This document shows positions 18,154 through 28,173 of a stretch of 64,000 bases of DNA, one piece after another. Numbering within the stretch: the first letter of the stretch is position 1; each line of letters begins with the position of its first letter. The notes under the pieces are model-generated. The model saw nothing but the letters and a program-made list of their open reading frames with translations. It was not told the DNA's origin and ran no database searches. The stretch is from an uncultured Gammaproteobacteria bacterium. Its GTDB lineage: Bacteria; Patescibacteriota; Microgenomatia; JAMCZE01. A program made the position numbers and the translations under genes. The stretch spans positions 535,551 through 599,550 of the forward strand of contig CAZNUP010000001.1 in the NCBI GenBank assembly GCA_964576435.1, read 5' to 3'.

Positions 18154-19537
18154 CTTTATTTTAGATCCCTACGATGCAGTCTTAATTAATTGGATTATCA
18201 ATTGGAATATTTTCCATCCATTATCTTTAAATACAAACATCTTTTTCCCTTATACAAAAACCCTAGCCTATTCGGATCCCCATTTAGTTTCATCGCTAGT
18301 TGCAGCACCATTCGTGCTATTTTTTAAACAGCCCCTTTTAGGAGCAAATATTAATTTGTTGCTAGGGTTTGTTTTGACTGCCTTTTCAACTTATCTTTTA
18401 ACAAAAAACCTAACAAAAGACTATAAAATTTCACTTCTTGCAGGTACTTTGTTTGCTTTTGGTTCAATTCACATGGGCTACTTGCACCACCTTCAGCTTT
18501 TTGGATTCTGGCCTTTTATTTTTGCGCTTTATTTTTTCTATAAGGAAAAATTGACACTATTTGTAATCTTTTTTGTTTTGTCAGTTGCCACCATGCCCCT
18601 ATTTTTCTTTTTCTTCATGGCATTCTTCATTTTTGCTCCGAAAAAACATATTAAATATGTATTTTTATCTTTTGGTTTATCTCTCTTAATCTTTGTTCCA
18701 TACTATTTAGTCTCGAAAGAGTTTGGTTATGTTCGTCCATTAACTGACACAATCCATTTCTCATTAAAGATTCATGATTTTTTTAAACCGAACGAAGCAT
18801 CTCGGTTAGGAATTTTTGCAGGAATTGGCACCTTAATACTATTAATAGGGTATCTGTTCCAAAAAAATAAGTTAAATCGTTACTTTTTACTAAGCATTTG
18901 TTGTTTTATTTTAGCTTTTGGTCCCGCCTTCCATGTCTTTGAAAATACAGTGCATGTTGGTCCATTGCCAGCAATCCCAATGCCATATTTAATTCCTTAT
19001 TATCTTTTACCAGGGTTTTCCGGATTTAGGACTCCTTCCAGATGGATTTTATTAGCTTTTTTTGCTTTCGTTATAGCTTTAAGTATTGTCTTAAAAAATA
19101 AGCTTGCTAAAAAGATAACAGCGCTATTAGTAATAATAATTATTTTAGAAGTTAATTTTCCATTTACCTATATAAATATGCCCAGTCATTCGGAATTTCC
19201 ACCAGAACAAATTTGGCTAGAACAAAATTACCAAGGTGCGCCAATTGTCCAATTTCCAATTTATGGATGGTTTGACAACGAAAATGTTGCCGTAGAAACT
19301 AGGAGAATGCATTACGGAATAACTCAAAACCATCCAATGTTTAATGGCTATTCAGGTTTTTCCCCAAAAAGTTGGGAACGGCGAGTTCAATGGCTACAAA
19401 AAGAATTTCCAAATGAAAATTCAATCAATTATCTAAAAAGTTTAGGGATTAAACTAATTGTCACTCCTAAAGTGTTAAAATCAAATCAGGTTAAATTAAT
19501 AGAATCTTTCCCAAATAATAATATCTATGCTCTCTAA
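18059..19537 (+). CDS. polytopic membrane protein, probable GT-C-like glycosyltransferase
   Basis: Many TM helices in the N-terminal 400 aa plus a soluble C-terminal domain. Start is probably internal, because the ORF overlaps the divergent gene. Confidence 0.4.
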   Translation: MNQNTKINILVLFFFSLITLIITWPLILNLGNFILDPYDAVLINWIINWNIFHPLSLNTNIFFPYTKTLAYSDPHLVSSLVAAPFVLFFKQPLLGANINLLLGFVLTAFSTYLLTKNLTKDYKISLLAGTLFAFGSIHMGYLHHLQLFGFWPFIFALYFFYKEKLTLFVIFFVLSVATMPLFFFFFMAFFIFAPKKHIKYVFLSFGLSLLIFVPYYLVSKEFGYVRPLTDTIHFSLKIHDFFKPNEASRLGIFAGIGTLILLIGYLFQKNKLNRYFLLSICCFILAFGPAFHVFENTVHVGPLPAIPMPYLIPYYLLPGFSGFRTPSRWILLAFFAFVIALSIVLKNKLAKKITALLVIIIILEVNFPFTYINMPSHSEFPPEQIWLEQNYQGAPIVQFPIYGWFDNENVAVETRRMHYGITQNHPMFNGYSGFSPKSWERRVQWLQKEFPNENSINYLKSLGIKLIVTPKVLKSNQVKLIESFPNNNIYAL

Positions 19538-20162
19538 AATAACAATTACAAATAAAAATGGATTTGATGAGATTCACATTACAGAAAACGGAAAAACTTC
19601 TAATTTAAAACGAGATTTAAATGGCGATTACGCTGCGCAAAGAAATTACGCATTAGAAAAAGCAAAAGGTGACTGGGTATTTTTTATTGATACCGATGAA
19701 AGTATAGAGGATGATTTTGACCATATTCCAAGTGGTTATGAAGCGTTTAAGTTTAAAAGATTGGATAACTTTTTTGGGAAAACTCTTCATCATGGGGAAG
19801 CTGGAAACATAAAATTAGTAAGACTTGCTAAAAAAGATTTTGGCAAATGGATTGGTAAAGTTCATGAAGTGTGGGTCGGTAATGGAAAAGTAGGAACTTG
19901 GCCCAAACCAATAATTCACACCCCACACCCAACCATTAGTGAATTTATTAAAGAGATTAATGCTTACACGACAATTTATGCAAAAGATAATAAAAATTTT
20001 TCCTATTTTGATCTTGTAAAACCACAAGGAAAGTTTATCTACAATTATTTTTTTAAACTTGGTTTCCTTGATGGATTAGCCGGATTTGTCATGGCCTATA
20101 TGATGTCACTTCATTCATTAATTGCAAGAGTTAAACAATATGAACAGATCCGCACTCATTAA
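19527..20162 (+). CDS. divergent GT2-like glycosyltransferase
   Basis: EIHITENGKTSN (compare EIIVVDDGSTD), AAQRNYALEKAKGDWVFFIDTDE (compare the GT2 xDD motif). Confidence 0.5.
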   Translation: MLSKITITNKNGFDEIHITENGKTSNLKRDLNGDYAAQRNYALEKAKGDWVFFIDTDESIEDDFDHIPSGYEAFKFKRLDNFFGKTLHHGEAGNIKLVRLAKKDFGKWIGKVHEVWVGNGKVGTWPKPIIHTPHPTISEFIKEINAYTTIYAKDNKNFSYFDLVKPQGKFIYNYFFKLGFLDGLAGFVMAYMMSLHSLIARVKQYEQIRTH

Positions 20163-21498
20163 ATTTCTCCTCTTAGTAGCTCTAGGCACATCTTTTTTTA
20201 TAAATTTTCTAGGAGCGCTATCTCCAGAATTAGGTTTTGATGCGCTGTGGTATCACTTAACTCTTCCAAAACTCTATTTAGAAGCAGGTAAAATTTACCA
20301 CGTTCCAGGAGGCCTTCTTTACTATTCCGAAATGCCCAGGCTAGCTGAGTTTGTTTATATTCCATTAATCAAACTATTAAGTGATACGGGTCCTCACCTT
20401 TTAAATTGGCTAGCGGGAATTGGAACAATTGTCGTTCTCTATAAAGTTTCAAGAAGGTTCTTAGGTCCGCTTCCAAGCCTATTAGCAACAACACTTTTTT
20501 ATACAACTCCATTAGTTGGGTGGCAGTCGGGAAGCGCGTATATAGATTTAATTAGGACATTTTTTGAAGTTTTAGCTTTCTACCTCGTTATCGAAAGAAA
20601 ATATGTTTGGGCAGGGGTTGTATTAGGTTTAGCAATCTCCACAAAAACTTTAGCTTTAGGATCAATTCCAATCCTGGCTATTATTTCATTTCTCAAGGAA
20701 AGGAAAATTATTACACCGTTAATAATAATTGTTATTCCACTTGTTGTGGCATTCCCTTGGTTCTTAAGTGCTTACAATAATACTGGATTTCCGTTTTATC
20801 CAATTGGAGCTGGAACTCTTGATTCAACTCACAGCACAAATATTGATTTTTGGAATATACCCAGGATCATTCATGATTATGTCGGTCTCTTTTTGTTTCC
20901 AACTGATTTGATATCTCCAATTTACCTTTTATTTATTCCCTTTATTTTCTTTCTATCCAAAAAGGTTCCAAGAAAATCTTTAAATCTATTATTAACCTAT
21001 TTTATTTTGGCATTTTTAATGTGGTACTTTATTCCAAGAACTGGTGGAGGTAGATTTATTCTGCCATATCTTCCAGTTATTTCTGTTCTTGTTGCCTTTG
21101 TTTATGCTTGGCAAAGAAACAAAATTTTAAAATTGGTTTTAATTTCTTTAATAATTGGTTCGATTGGTGTAAATGTTTTGTATAGAGGTTTGGCAGTTTC
21201 AAGAAATATTCCATATTTAATTGGCAAACAAACAAAAGAACAATTTTTGTGTGAAAGATTAGACTTCACAACTAGCGTATTTGTTGATTGTGACGGCTTC
21301 TTTAAAAACAATATTAAAAAAACTGATTTAGTTTTAGTAAAAGGTGTTCACAATCTTTTTTATATTAATTTTCCTTTTGTGCACGAAACCTGGTACAAGG
21401 GGGAAAAGTATAATTACGTAATGACTCAAAAGCCAATTAAAGGCAAAGTTCCGGTTTACAAAAACACAAAAACCAATATCTATCTCTATAAATCATGA
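20122..21498 (+). CDS. polytopic membrane protein, GT-C/PMT_2-like
   Basis: About 11 TM helices; same architecture class as 16642-18153. Confidence 0.45.
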   Translation: MQELNNMNRSALIKFLLLVALGTSFFINFLGALSPELGFDALWYHLTLPKLYLEAGKIYHVPGGLLYYSEMPRLAEFVYIPLIKLLSDTGPHLLNWLAGIGTIVVLYKVSRRFLGPLPSLLATTLFYTTPLVGWQSGSAYIDLIRTFFEVLAFYLVIERKYVWAGVVLGLAISTKTLALGSIPILAIISFLKERKIITPLIIIVIPLVVAFPWFLSAYNNTGFPFYPIGAGTLDSTHSTNIDFWNIPRIIHDYVGLFLFPTDLISPIYLLFIPFIFFLSKKVPRKSLNLLLTYFILAFLMWYFIPRTGGGRFILPYLPVISVLVAFVYAWQRNKILKLVLISLIIGSIGVNVLYRGLAVSRNIPYLIGKQTKEQFLCERLDFTTSVFVDCDGFFKNNIKKTDLVLVKGVHNLFYINFPFVHETWYKGEKYNYVMTQKPIKGKVPVYKNTKTNIYLYKS

Positions 21499-22577
21499 AG
21501 TATCTTTTATTTGCACTAATTCTTTTTTTGGCATTCGGGCAGCTAGGTCGGTTTGAATTTCAAAGTATTGTAGTTCATTTAAACGATCTTTTTGTTTTCG
21601 GCTTACTTTTAATTTGGCTTGTAAAAACAAAAGGTAAATCCATTAAAAATGACCCGTTAACAAAACCATTAGCTCTTTTTGTAGGAGCCATGTTCCTTTC
21701 AACTATATTTAATCCATTTAAATTTCCTGCATTTCTTTATTTAGTTCGCTTTGTAGCTTATGCCGGCTTATATTTTGTTGCCAAAGATCAAATAGGGGAC
21801 AGAAAAATAATTTTAAAACTAATGGAGATTGCCATTCTGGGAGTAGCGGTAGTTGGAATTTTACAATTTGTATTTGTTCCGGACGTTAGTTCACTAAAGG
21901 CTCTTGATTGGGATGACCATTATTATCGCCTTATAAGTACATTTCTAGATCCAGGCTTTACTGGAGCCATGCTAGTTTTGGGTCTAATATTGGCGGTTCT
22001 TGAAAGATCTCGCATCCAGGCAGTTATCCTCTATGTTGCTATGGCTTTAACTTATTCTAGGGCAAGTTATTTAATGTACCTATTTTCTTTTGCAACAATC
22101 TCATTTTTTAAAAACTCCGTAAAAATATTTTTGATAGCACTCATCATCTTAGTTATCACAATTCCACTGCTTCCAAAATCAACTGGTGAAGGCACAAAGC
22201 TAAATAGGGAAAATAGTGTCACAGCGAGACTAAATAATTGGAATAAATCTATTGAAGTTTGGGAAACAAAGCCAGTCTTTGGAATTGGATTCAATTCTTA
22301 TAGATATGCGGTAAATGTTTCTCCACAAAGCCATTCAGGGGGTGCAGACAATTCTCTGCTTCTAGTATTAGCAACTACGGGAGTTGTTGGCTTTGCTGCC
22401 TATATTTTTCTTCTAAAAAAGACTTGGGATATGGGGGATTTGCTTTTTAGAGCAAGTCTCGTAGGAATAATTGTTCATAGTATGTTTAATAACACACTCT
22501 TTTATCCCTGGGTAATGGAGTGGCTGTGGATATTATTAGCTTTATCAGCTACAAAAAATTATAATAAAAAGAAATGA
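21495..22577 (+). CDS. O-antigen ligase/polymerase (Wzy_C) family membrane protein
   Basis: Polytopic protein with periplasmic loop GFNSYRY…HSGGADNSLLLVLATTG. Confidence 0.6.
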   Translation: MKYLLFALILFLAFGQLGRFEFQSIVVHLNDLFVFGLLLIWLVKTKGKSIKNDPLTKPLALFVGAMFLSTIFNPFKFPAFLYLVRFVAYAGLYFVAKDQIGDRKIILKLMEIAILGVAVVGILQFVFVPDVSSLKALDWDDHYYRLISTFLDPGFTGAMLVLGLILAVLERSRIQAVILYVAMALTYSRASYLMYLFSFATISFFKNSVKIFLIALIILVITIPLLPKSTGEGTKLNRENSVTARLNNWNKSIEVWETKPVFGIGFNSYRYAVNVSPQSHSGGADNSLLLVLATTGVVGFAAYIFLLKKTWDMGDLLFRASLVGIIVHSMFNNTLFYPWVMEWLWILLALSATKNYNKKK

Positions 22578-22957
22578 AAACAATCCTCGTCGACGCCATA
22601 GGCACATTCTCTGATACAAACGGCGAGATATTTGCTGATCTTCATAAGCTTTTAGAATCTTATCCAAACAAAAAGATCTTAGTCACTGGTGCAAACGATG
22701 AACAGTTTAAGTTATGGAAACTAGAGACAGTGCCTTATGAGGTTTTTACATTAAAGCACAATCCAGAAAAAACTAGCCCAGAATATTTTCAAAAGTTATT
22801 AAATCAATTTAGATTAACAAAAGACGACCTTGTCTATTTTGAGCACAATCCAGAAGCAGTTAAAAGTGCGCAGTTGGTAGGAATTGAATCGTATTACTTT
22901 GACGAAAAGAAAAAAGATCTAGAAGCCCTAAAAGATTTTCTTAGTGCTCATATTTAA
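22574..22957 (+). CDS. hypothetical HAD-like small protein
   Basis: ILVDAIGTF resembles a degenerate HAD motif I. Confidence 0.35.
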   Translation: MKTILVDAIGTFSDTNGEIFADLHKLLESYPNKKILVTGANDEQFKLWKLETVPYEVFTLKHNPEKTSPEYFQKLLNQFRLTKDDLVYFEHNPEAVKSAQLVGIESYYFDEKKKDLEALKDFLSAHI

Positions 22958-23645
22958 GATTCATCTCCTGCTTGGTTTCGTTTCCGGCCTCATCAGATCC
23001 AATAATTGTGATTTTATTGTCTCCACTATTTAGGTTCATATAATAGGAGAAGTTTCCTTGACTATCAACAATTGCCATATTACCGTTGACAGTAACTGTA
23101 GCGGTAATTGGGTCAACTTTACCAGTGAATGTATAAGGATTATCCCTGACTGTGTCTCCGTCTTTGTTTGTTGTCTCAAGTTTTGGTCCACTTGTTGAGA
23201 AAAAGACTATATAGCTGTCTGATGGTTCGCTTTTCTTACCCGAATTGGTAATTGTCCTGGCAACTAAGTCATTTTTGCCCTTTACAAGGGTAACATCGTC
23301 AAAAGTAAATTTTCCTGACTTATCCGCAGTAGCAAGTCCCACTGAAACCGTATTTCTTTCAAGCTCTACTTTGGAATTTGGATCAGCAATACCTGTTACT
23401 TTTATTTCAGCTGACTTTGTCGCCTCGAAGTCTCGGTTTAAAGTGGGGGAGTTTAAAACCACTTCTTCTGGACCTTCAACGGTCTCAGTTTCTTTGCCCA
23501 TCCCACTAATTGTGTTAGCAAGGCCAAAAAGAGCAGGTACTCCAAAATAAATGAAGATGCCCAATAAAAGTATTGACCCAGCAAGGAAAAACATGATTGT
23601 CATCTTGCTATTTCTGTCACCCTTTCGCTCAAGACGTGTTTGCAT
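22941..23645 (-). CDS. membrane-anchored extracellular protein with Ig-like beta domains
   Basis: N-terminal TM helix followed by Thr/Ser-rich beta-strand repeats. Confidence 0.4.
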   Translation of the reverse strand: MQTRLERKGDRNSKMTIMFFLAGSILLLGIFIYFGVPALFGLANTISGMGKETETVEGPEEVVLNSPTLNRDFEATKSAEIKVTGIADPNSKVELERNTVSVGLATADKSGKFTFDDVTLVKGKNDLVARTITNSGKKSEPSDSYIVFFSTSGPKLETTNKDGDTVRDNPYTFTGKVDPITATVTVNGNMAIVDSQGNFSYYMNLNSGDNKITIIGSDEAGNETKQEMNLKYEH

Positions 23646-24860
23646 AATTTTCTAAGTCCAAGCTATAATACTACTTCTGTGTTAAAAAACAAAAATTTAC
23701 TCATCGTCGGCCTCATTGCAATAGTTGATGCCCTAGGTTATGGCATCATCATTCCAATTTTGTATTCTTACAGTCAAAAATTTGGGCTAACTGACTTTCA
23801 AAATGGTCTCCTTTTTGCTCTTTTCTCACTTTGCACATTCCTAGCAACTCCAATAATTGGGAGAATGTCTGATAAATATGGAAGAAAACCACTTTTAGTT
23901 TTTTCCTTAATTGGCACAGCAGCCTCATTCTTAATGATGGCTTTCGCCCCAAGTGCAATTTTCCTATTTTTAGCAAGAGCTCTTGATGGTGTGACAGCCG
24001 GAAATATTCCAGTTGTCTCTGCAGTTATTTCAGATAGTACAGAAGGCAAAGATAGAGCCAGAGGATTTGGCATAATTGGAGCTGCTTTTGGCTTTGGTTT
24101 CGTTTTTGGCCCAGGAATTTCTGCTTTTACAGTGGGAATTAATCCTATGTTCCCATTCTTAATTGCAGCCGTTATGACAACAATAGCCATAATTTTGACA
24201 GCAGTGCTTCTTCCAGAAACAAATAAACATATTGGACAAGTCGAAGATAAAAAGCTTTTTGATTTCAAAAAACTAGCGGCATCGCTTTTTGACCCAAATA
24301 TTGGAAGAACATTATTAGTTACCCTTCTTGTTGCTTTTGCATTTGGAATGTTCATTTATGCTTATCAACCTTTCTCAGTTAAGGTTCTTAATTTGAATCC
24401 AACTCAAATTTCAACCAATTTTGTTATCTTTGGTATTGTTGGATTGATTTCTCAGCTTGTTTTAATTCCAAGAATCACAAAGAAGTTTGGAGACCTAAAA
24501 TCTTTTGTTTCAGCGATTTTTCTCTTAGCAATATCAATGACCTTAATCTATTTCACCCCAGGATTAATTTACTTCATGGTTGTTTCAGTGGCACTATCTC
24601 TAGGAAACTCATTTATTATGCCTCTTGTGCAAACCTTGCTTTCAAAAGAAGTGGATGCCAAATCGCAAGGAACAATCATGGGTGTCAATGCTTCCTATAA
24701 CAGTTTAGGATTCATATTTGGTCCAATCGCCGGTGGATTAATCGCCACCTACTCACTTGAGGCTCCTTTTCTGGCTGGAGGAATTGTAAGTTTTGCTGCT
24801 CTTGCAGTTGCTACCCATATCTTCTTAACCAGTAGAACCAAGAAAGTGAGTGAGTTTTAA
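23640..24860 (+). CDS. MFS transporter
   Basis: 12 TM helices; GRMSDKYGRKPLL MFS loop motif. Confidence 0.8.
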   Translation: MHNFLSPSYNTTSVLKNKNLLIVGLIAIVDALGYGIIIPILYSYSQKFGLTDFQNGLLFALFSLCTFLATPIIGRMSDKYGRKPLLVFSLIGTAASFLMMAFAPSAIFLFLARALDGVTAGNIPVVSAVISDSTEGKDRARGFGIIGAAFGFGFVFGPGISAFTVGINPMFPFLIAAVMTTIAIILTAVLLPETNKHIGQVEDKKLFDFKKLAASLFDPNIGRTLLVTLLVAFAFGMFIYAYQPFSVKVLNLNPTQISTNFVIFGIVGLISQLVLIPRITKKFGDLKSFVSAIFLLAISMTLIYFTPGLIYFMVVSVALSLGNSFIMPLVQTLLSKEVDAKSQGTIMGVNASYNSLGFIFGPIAGGLIATYSLEAPFLAGGIVSFAALAVATHIFLTSRTKKVSEF

Positions 24861-24895
24861 TTGCAAGAAATATAACTACAGGATATAATCTCCTT

Positions 24896-25606
24896 ATGGA
24901 AATTTATCTCGCTACTTCAGTTTTCGAGTCTAAAGGATACGATAGCTTACTAACAATTAACGAAGCTGCCACCAATAAATATCAAGGTGTTCAGTTATAC
25001 ATAAACGAAAGTTTCCAAGACGTGTCTTACTTGCAAGAAGTAATTGGACTTTTATTACAACAGAGACAACTTGGTATTCTAATTCATCTTCCAAATGAGC
25101 CAAAAGATGAAGATTTAACAGTAACAACAGAAATCTATGAAGCTCTCCCCCGTACACGTGCGTTGATCCATTTTGATCCAGCCGACCGCTTACCTAAAAT
25201 CCCAGTCAAAATAGGTTGGGAAAATTCTGACTCCTCCCGACATAATCCTCAACATATAGACGATGTGCAAAAAATGGCAGTAATTGATAGAACTTTCTTT
25301 GTTTATGATTATGGGCGGTCTTATAAAGCGGAAGACAATGACTATAACGAACAGTCTAGAATAGTTCGCTTTATTTCTCAAAGGATAAGAAGTATGGATC
25401 CTAACAAAGATGTCCTCCATGCTGCTGAAAAAACACGTTGGAATGTAAGTTTTAGGGAAAATCAGTGTCCTATTGGTGAGGGTGTGGGAAAGTCCCTTTT
25501 ACATGAACTCAAGGAATTTGCGGGCCCCATCGTACTCGAATATGAAGATTTGGCAATTGCGCATAAATCACGTGATATATTAAGTTCTGGATTTAAGGCT
25601 AAGTAA
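24896..25606 (+). CDS. hypothetical protein (236 aa)
   Basis: ORF only. Confidence 0.4.
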   Translation: MEIYLATSVFESKGYDSLLTINEAATNKYQGVQLYINESFQDVSYLQEVIGLLLQQRQLGILIHLPNEPKDEDLTVTTEIYEALPRTRALIHFDPADRLPKIPVKIGWENSDSSRHNPQHIDDVQKMAVIDRTFFVYDYGRSYKAEDNDYNEQSRIVRFISQRIRSMDPNKDVLHAAEKTRWNVSFRENQCPIGEGVGKSLLHELKEFAGPIVLEYEDLAIAHKSRDILSSGFKAK

Positions 25607-25614
25607 AATTATTA

Positions 25615-25920
25615 ATGGACAATTCAACCCCATTCCCTTTAAAAGAAGCTATCTCTCTTGGTGAGTATGATCCTCAAGTTCTTGGGAAATACCCCGAGTG
25701 GCAAAACCTTTCTAATCACGCAAGATTTCAGTTAATTAGCCAAGGACTGGAAATTAGGAGAAAGCAACTATTCACAAAGTGGTCAGAAATTGTGAATTTT
25801 ATTGATGATTCTGATAACCCAAGTCTTCAAGACGAAGCAAAAACAAACATTGAGAGACAAATTAAAAAACTTCGCGAAGAAAAAGAGCGGCTTTATTTGG
25901 AATACTCAAAGCTAACTTAA
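25615..25920 (+). CDS. hypothetical protein (101 aa)
   Basis: ORF only. Confidence 0.35.
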   Translation: MDNSTPFPLKEAISLGEYDPQVLGKYPEWQNLSNHARFQLISQGLEIRRKQLFTKWSEIVNFIDDSDNPSLQDEAKTNIERQIKKLREEKERLYLEYSKLT

Positions 25921-26220
25921 TTTTTTTAACTCTCTGCCCCTCTTTGTTATTGCTCCAATTTGTAGCCTGTAAGCCGCTCTATTTTCTTTCTCATAAACCA
26001 TCTCAGTTCCTATTATTTGGGCACAATTAAGGCAGGTAAGATTTTTCTCAAATTTAGTTATTCCTATAATTCTGTCTAAATACATCCTCTTTAGCATTCC
26101 AGGGCCATCTTTTTGGTAAAAGCAAACATGTGCCCCACACTTCGAACAAGAAATATCTAGAAGTTTAGAAGTCCCACCGCGACTTCTTCTGAATTGGTCC
26201 CTTTTAAATTTCGCTCTCAT
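25912..26220 (-). CDS. hypothetical zinc-ribbon protein
   Basis: CSKCG…CLNC four-Cys arrangement. Confidence 0.4.
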   Translation of the reverse strand: MRAKFKRDQFRRSRGGTSKLLDISCSKCGAHVCFYQKDGPGMLKRMYLDRIIGITKFEKNLTCLNCAQIIGTEMVYEKENRAAYRLQIGAITKRGRELKKLS

Positions 26221-26238
26221 TTGAGGATTTTTATTAAT

Positions 26239-26847
26239 TTACAAAACATCAACACCGTTTGATCTCAAATCCTCCATAAATTTATCGAAGTTTTCGTAAA
26301 ATAGAGCTGTAATTCCAACATTTTTCGCAGCTTCAACAGCTGGAACAAAGTCATCAGCATAAACTATTTCTGATGCTTCAACTCCGGATCGCTTTATTAA
26401 TTCTTTATAAAGCTCTTCGGATGGTTTATTAACTCCAACCTCATAAGAAAATACAGCAACATCGAAATTGTCTAAAAACTTAAACCGTTTTTGAAGTCAA
26501 TTTACTCTTCCAGGAAAATTACTTGAACAAATCAATGTTTTATATCCTTTACTTCTGACATCCTTCACTATCTGTACGACTTTGTCGTCAATGTCATAAG
26601 AATTCGAAAGAAGGTCAATAAACTCTTGTGGCGTCTTATTTACTTTCCATTCCTTAGCCGCCCAAGTCCAAAACTCTTCGTCAGTCATTTTGCCAACCTT
26701 ATAAAGTTTGTTCATCTCATCACTTTTCAAAAAAACACGTTTCACTTCATTCTCGGATATCCCAAGTTCTGTAAGTGCTTTAATAAAGTTAGCTTTTCCA
26801 TTAGGAAAGTAAACTCCATCAAGATCGAATGTTATTGCTTTGACCAT
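26239..26847 (-). pseudogene. HAD-IA hydrolase interrupted by an in-frame TGA
   Basis: Motif I FDLDGV is present. An in-frame TGA lies at 26497-26499 (minus-strand codon). The same frame then continues …FDVAVFSYEVGVNKP…VYADD…. No frameshift is involved. Confidence 0.6.
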
Positions 26848-26849
26848 AT

Positions 26850-27491
26850 TTATCCTATTATATCTAAAATACCGTCGAACTTGCGTACAATAAAACTAGG
26901 GTTGAAAGATTTTAGAAACTCAAAGTCATAAAATGTCTCATTTTCCTCTGGGTAAAAAAGTATTGAACTGATTCCAGCATTTGTTGCAGCTCCTAGGTCA
27001 CTTTTAGAGTCCCCCATAATGATTACCTCATCCTTACCGCAATTGAATGTGGTTAGGGCTTTATTAATTATTTCAGGGTCTGGCTTATGTTTTTTGACAT
27101 CACCAGCCGTTAGCAGGAGGTCAAAATATGTACTGATATTATTATTTTTTAATGCAGGAAATACTAAATCCCTTCTAGAGCTAGTTAATAAAGCTAATTT
27201 TTTGCCGTCCTTTTTAAGTTTAGCAATGGTTTTAAATGCCCCATCATATAATTTGACCATCGGGTATGTCTCGTCAACTTTTTCAACCACCTTTTTATTA
27301 AAAAGATCATTTTCTTTAATTCCAAATTTCAAAGCTCCATTCCAATCGCCAAAAACCTCCTGAGCAATAGTTTTTTCTGGTAGATCGACACCAAATTCTT
27401 GAAAAGTTTGCCTATATGCTTCCATCCACAAGTCAAGTGTTTTAGCAACGCACCCATCCCAATCCAGAAAAATATATTTGTAGGTTTTCAT
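26850..27491 (-). CDS. HAD-IA hydrolase (beta-phosphoglucomutase/phosphatase-like)
   Basis: FLDWDGCVAKT motif I and GDSKSDLGAATNAG motif IV. Confidence 0.75.
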   Translation of the reverse strand: MKTYKYIFLDWDGCVAKTLDLWMEAYRQTFQEFGVDLPEKTIAQEVFGDWNGALKFGIKENDLFNKKVVEKVDETYPMVKLYDGAFKTIAKLKKDGKKLALLTSSRRDLVFPALKNNNISTYFDLLLTAGDVKKHKPDPEIINKALTTFNCGKDEVIIMGDSKSDLGAATNAGISSILFYPEENETFYDFEFLKSFNPSFIVRKFDGILDIIG

Positions 27492-28157
27492 TTAATTAAT
27501 TTTTTTCCAATCACCCTCAGACACAACTGTCACCTTATTACCATTAACAACCACAGCAGAATTGTCATCTAAAGCATAAACTGGATCTTTAACTTTTTTT
27601 GCAGTCTCTTCCACTTGAGCAAATGTGCGATCAGGAAAATGCTTTGAATTAATATGTGATTTGACGTAGAAGTTCACAAGCCCAAGGCCTTTTCCGGAAA
27701 TTTCCCCACCCATTTTTATAAATGCTTCCTGTTTCTTGAAGCTTGTGAGGGCCAGGTCCTTGGAGACAATCAAGCTTCCTGCACTTACCCCTATATAAAT
27801 TTTATGTTTAAGAAGTTTTGGAAATAGCTTGTCTAGCCCGACTTTCTCTATCCAATACATTAAATAGTAGCTGTTACCACCCTCAACGAAAATGATATCA
27901 GCAGAGTTAAGTCTCTCTAACCAGATTTTTTTAGGCAAAGCTGAGAAATCTACAATATCAACCTCTTTAAACCCAAGCCTAACAAGTGTTTCTAAGTCTT
28001 TTATAACAAATTTCTTATCCCCCATTTCAATATTTGAAGCAGTGGGTACAAATGCAACATTCAGCTCTTCAAATTTTTTACCAACTAACCCTTGGAGAGC
28101 TCCTATAATTTTTTCGTTTCTAAGACCACCTGATGTAAGAAGTAGTTTCATGGCCAC
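27492..28157 (-). CDS. peptidase S51 (dipeptidase E / cyanophycinase-like)
   Basis: IIFVEGGNSYYL…YIGVSAGSLIVSKD around the S51 catalytic Ser. Confidence 0.65.
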   Translation of the reverse strand: MAMKLLLTSGGLRNEKIIGALQGLVGKKFEELNVAFVPTASNIEMGDKKFVIKDLETLVRLGFKEVDIVDFSALPKKIWLERLNSADIIFVEGGNSYYLMYWIEKVGLDKLFPKLLKHKIYIGVSAGSLIVSKDLALTSFKKQEAFIKMGGEISGKGLGLVNFYVKSHINSKHFPDRTFAQVEETAKKVKDPVYALDDNSAVVVNGNKVTVVSEGDWKKIN

Positions 28158-28173
28158 ATTTTAACATTGTTAT

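Noticed and set aside
26497-26499. Possibility that TGA is reassigned (code 25 or 4) in this genome.
   Set aside because: Many well-supported genes terminate at TGA, with correctly placed downstream starts: rplU at 4029-4031, the Nudix gene at 34226-34228 and the gatB/GGDEF junction. Standard code 11 is therefore in use.
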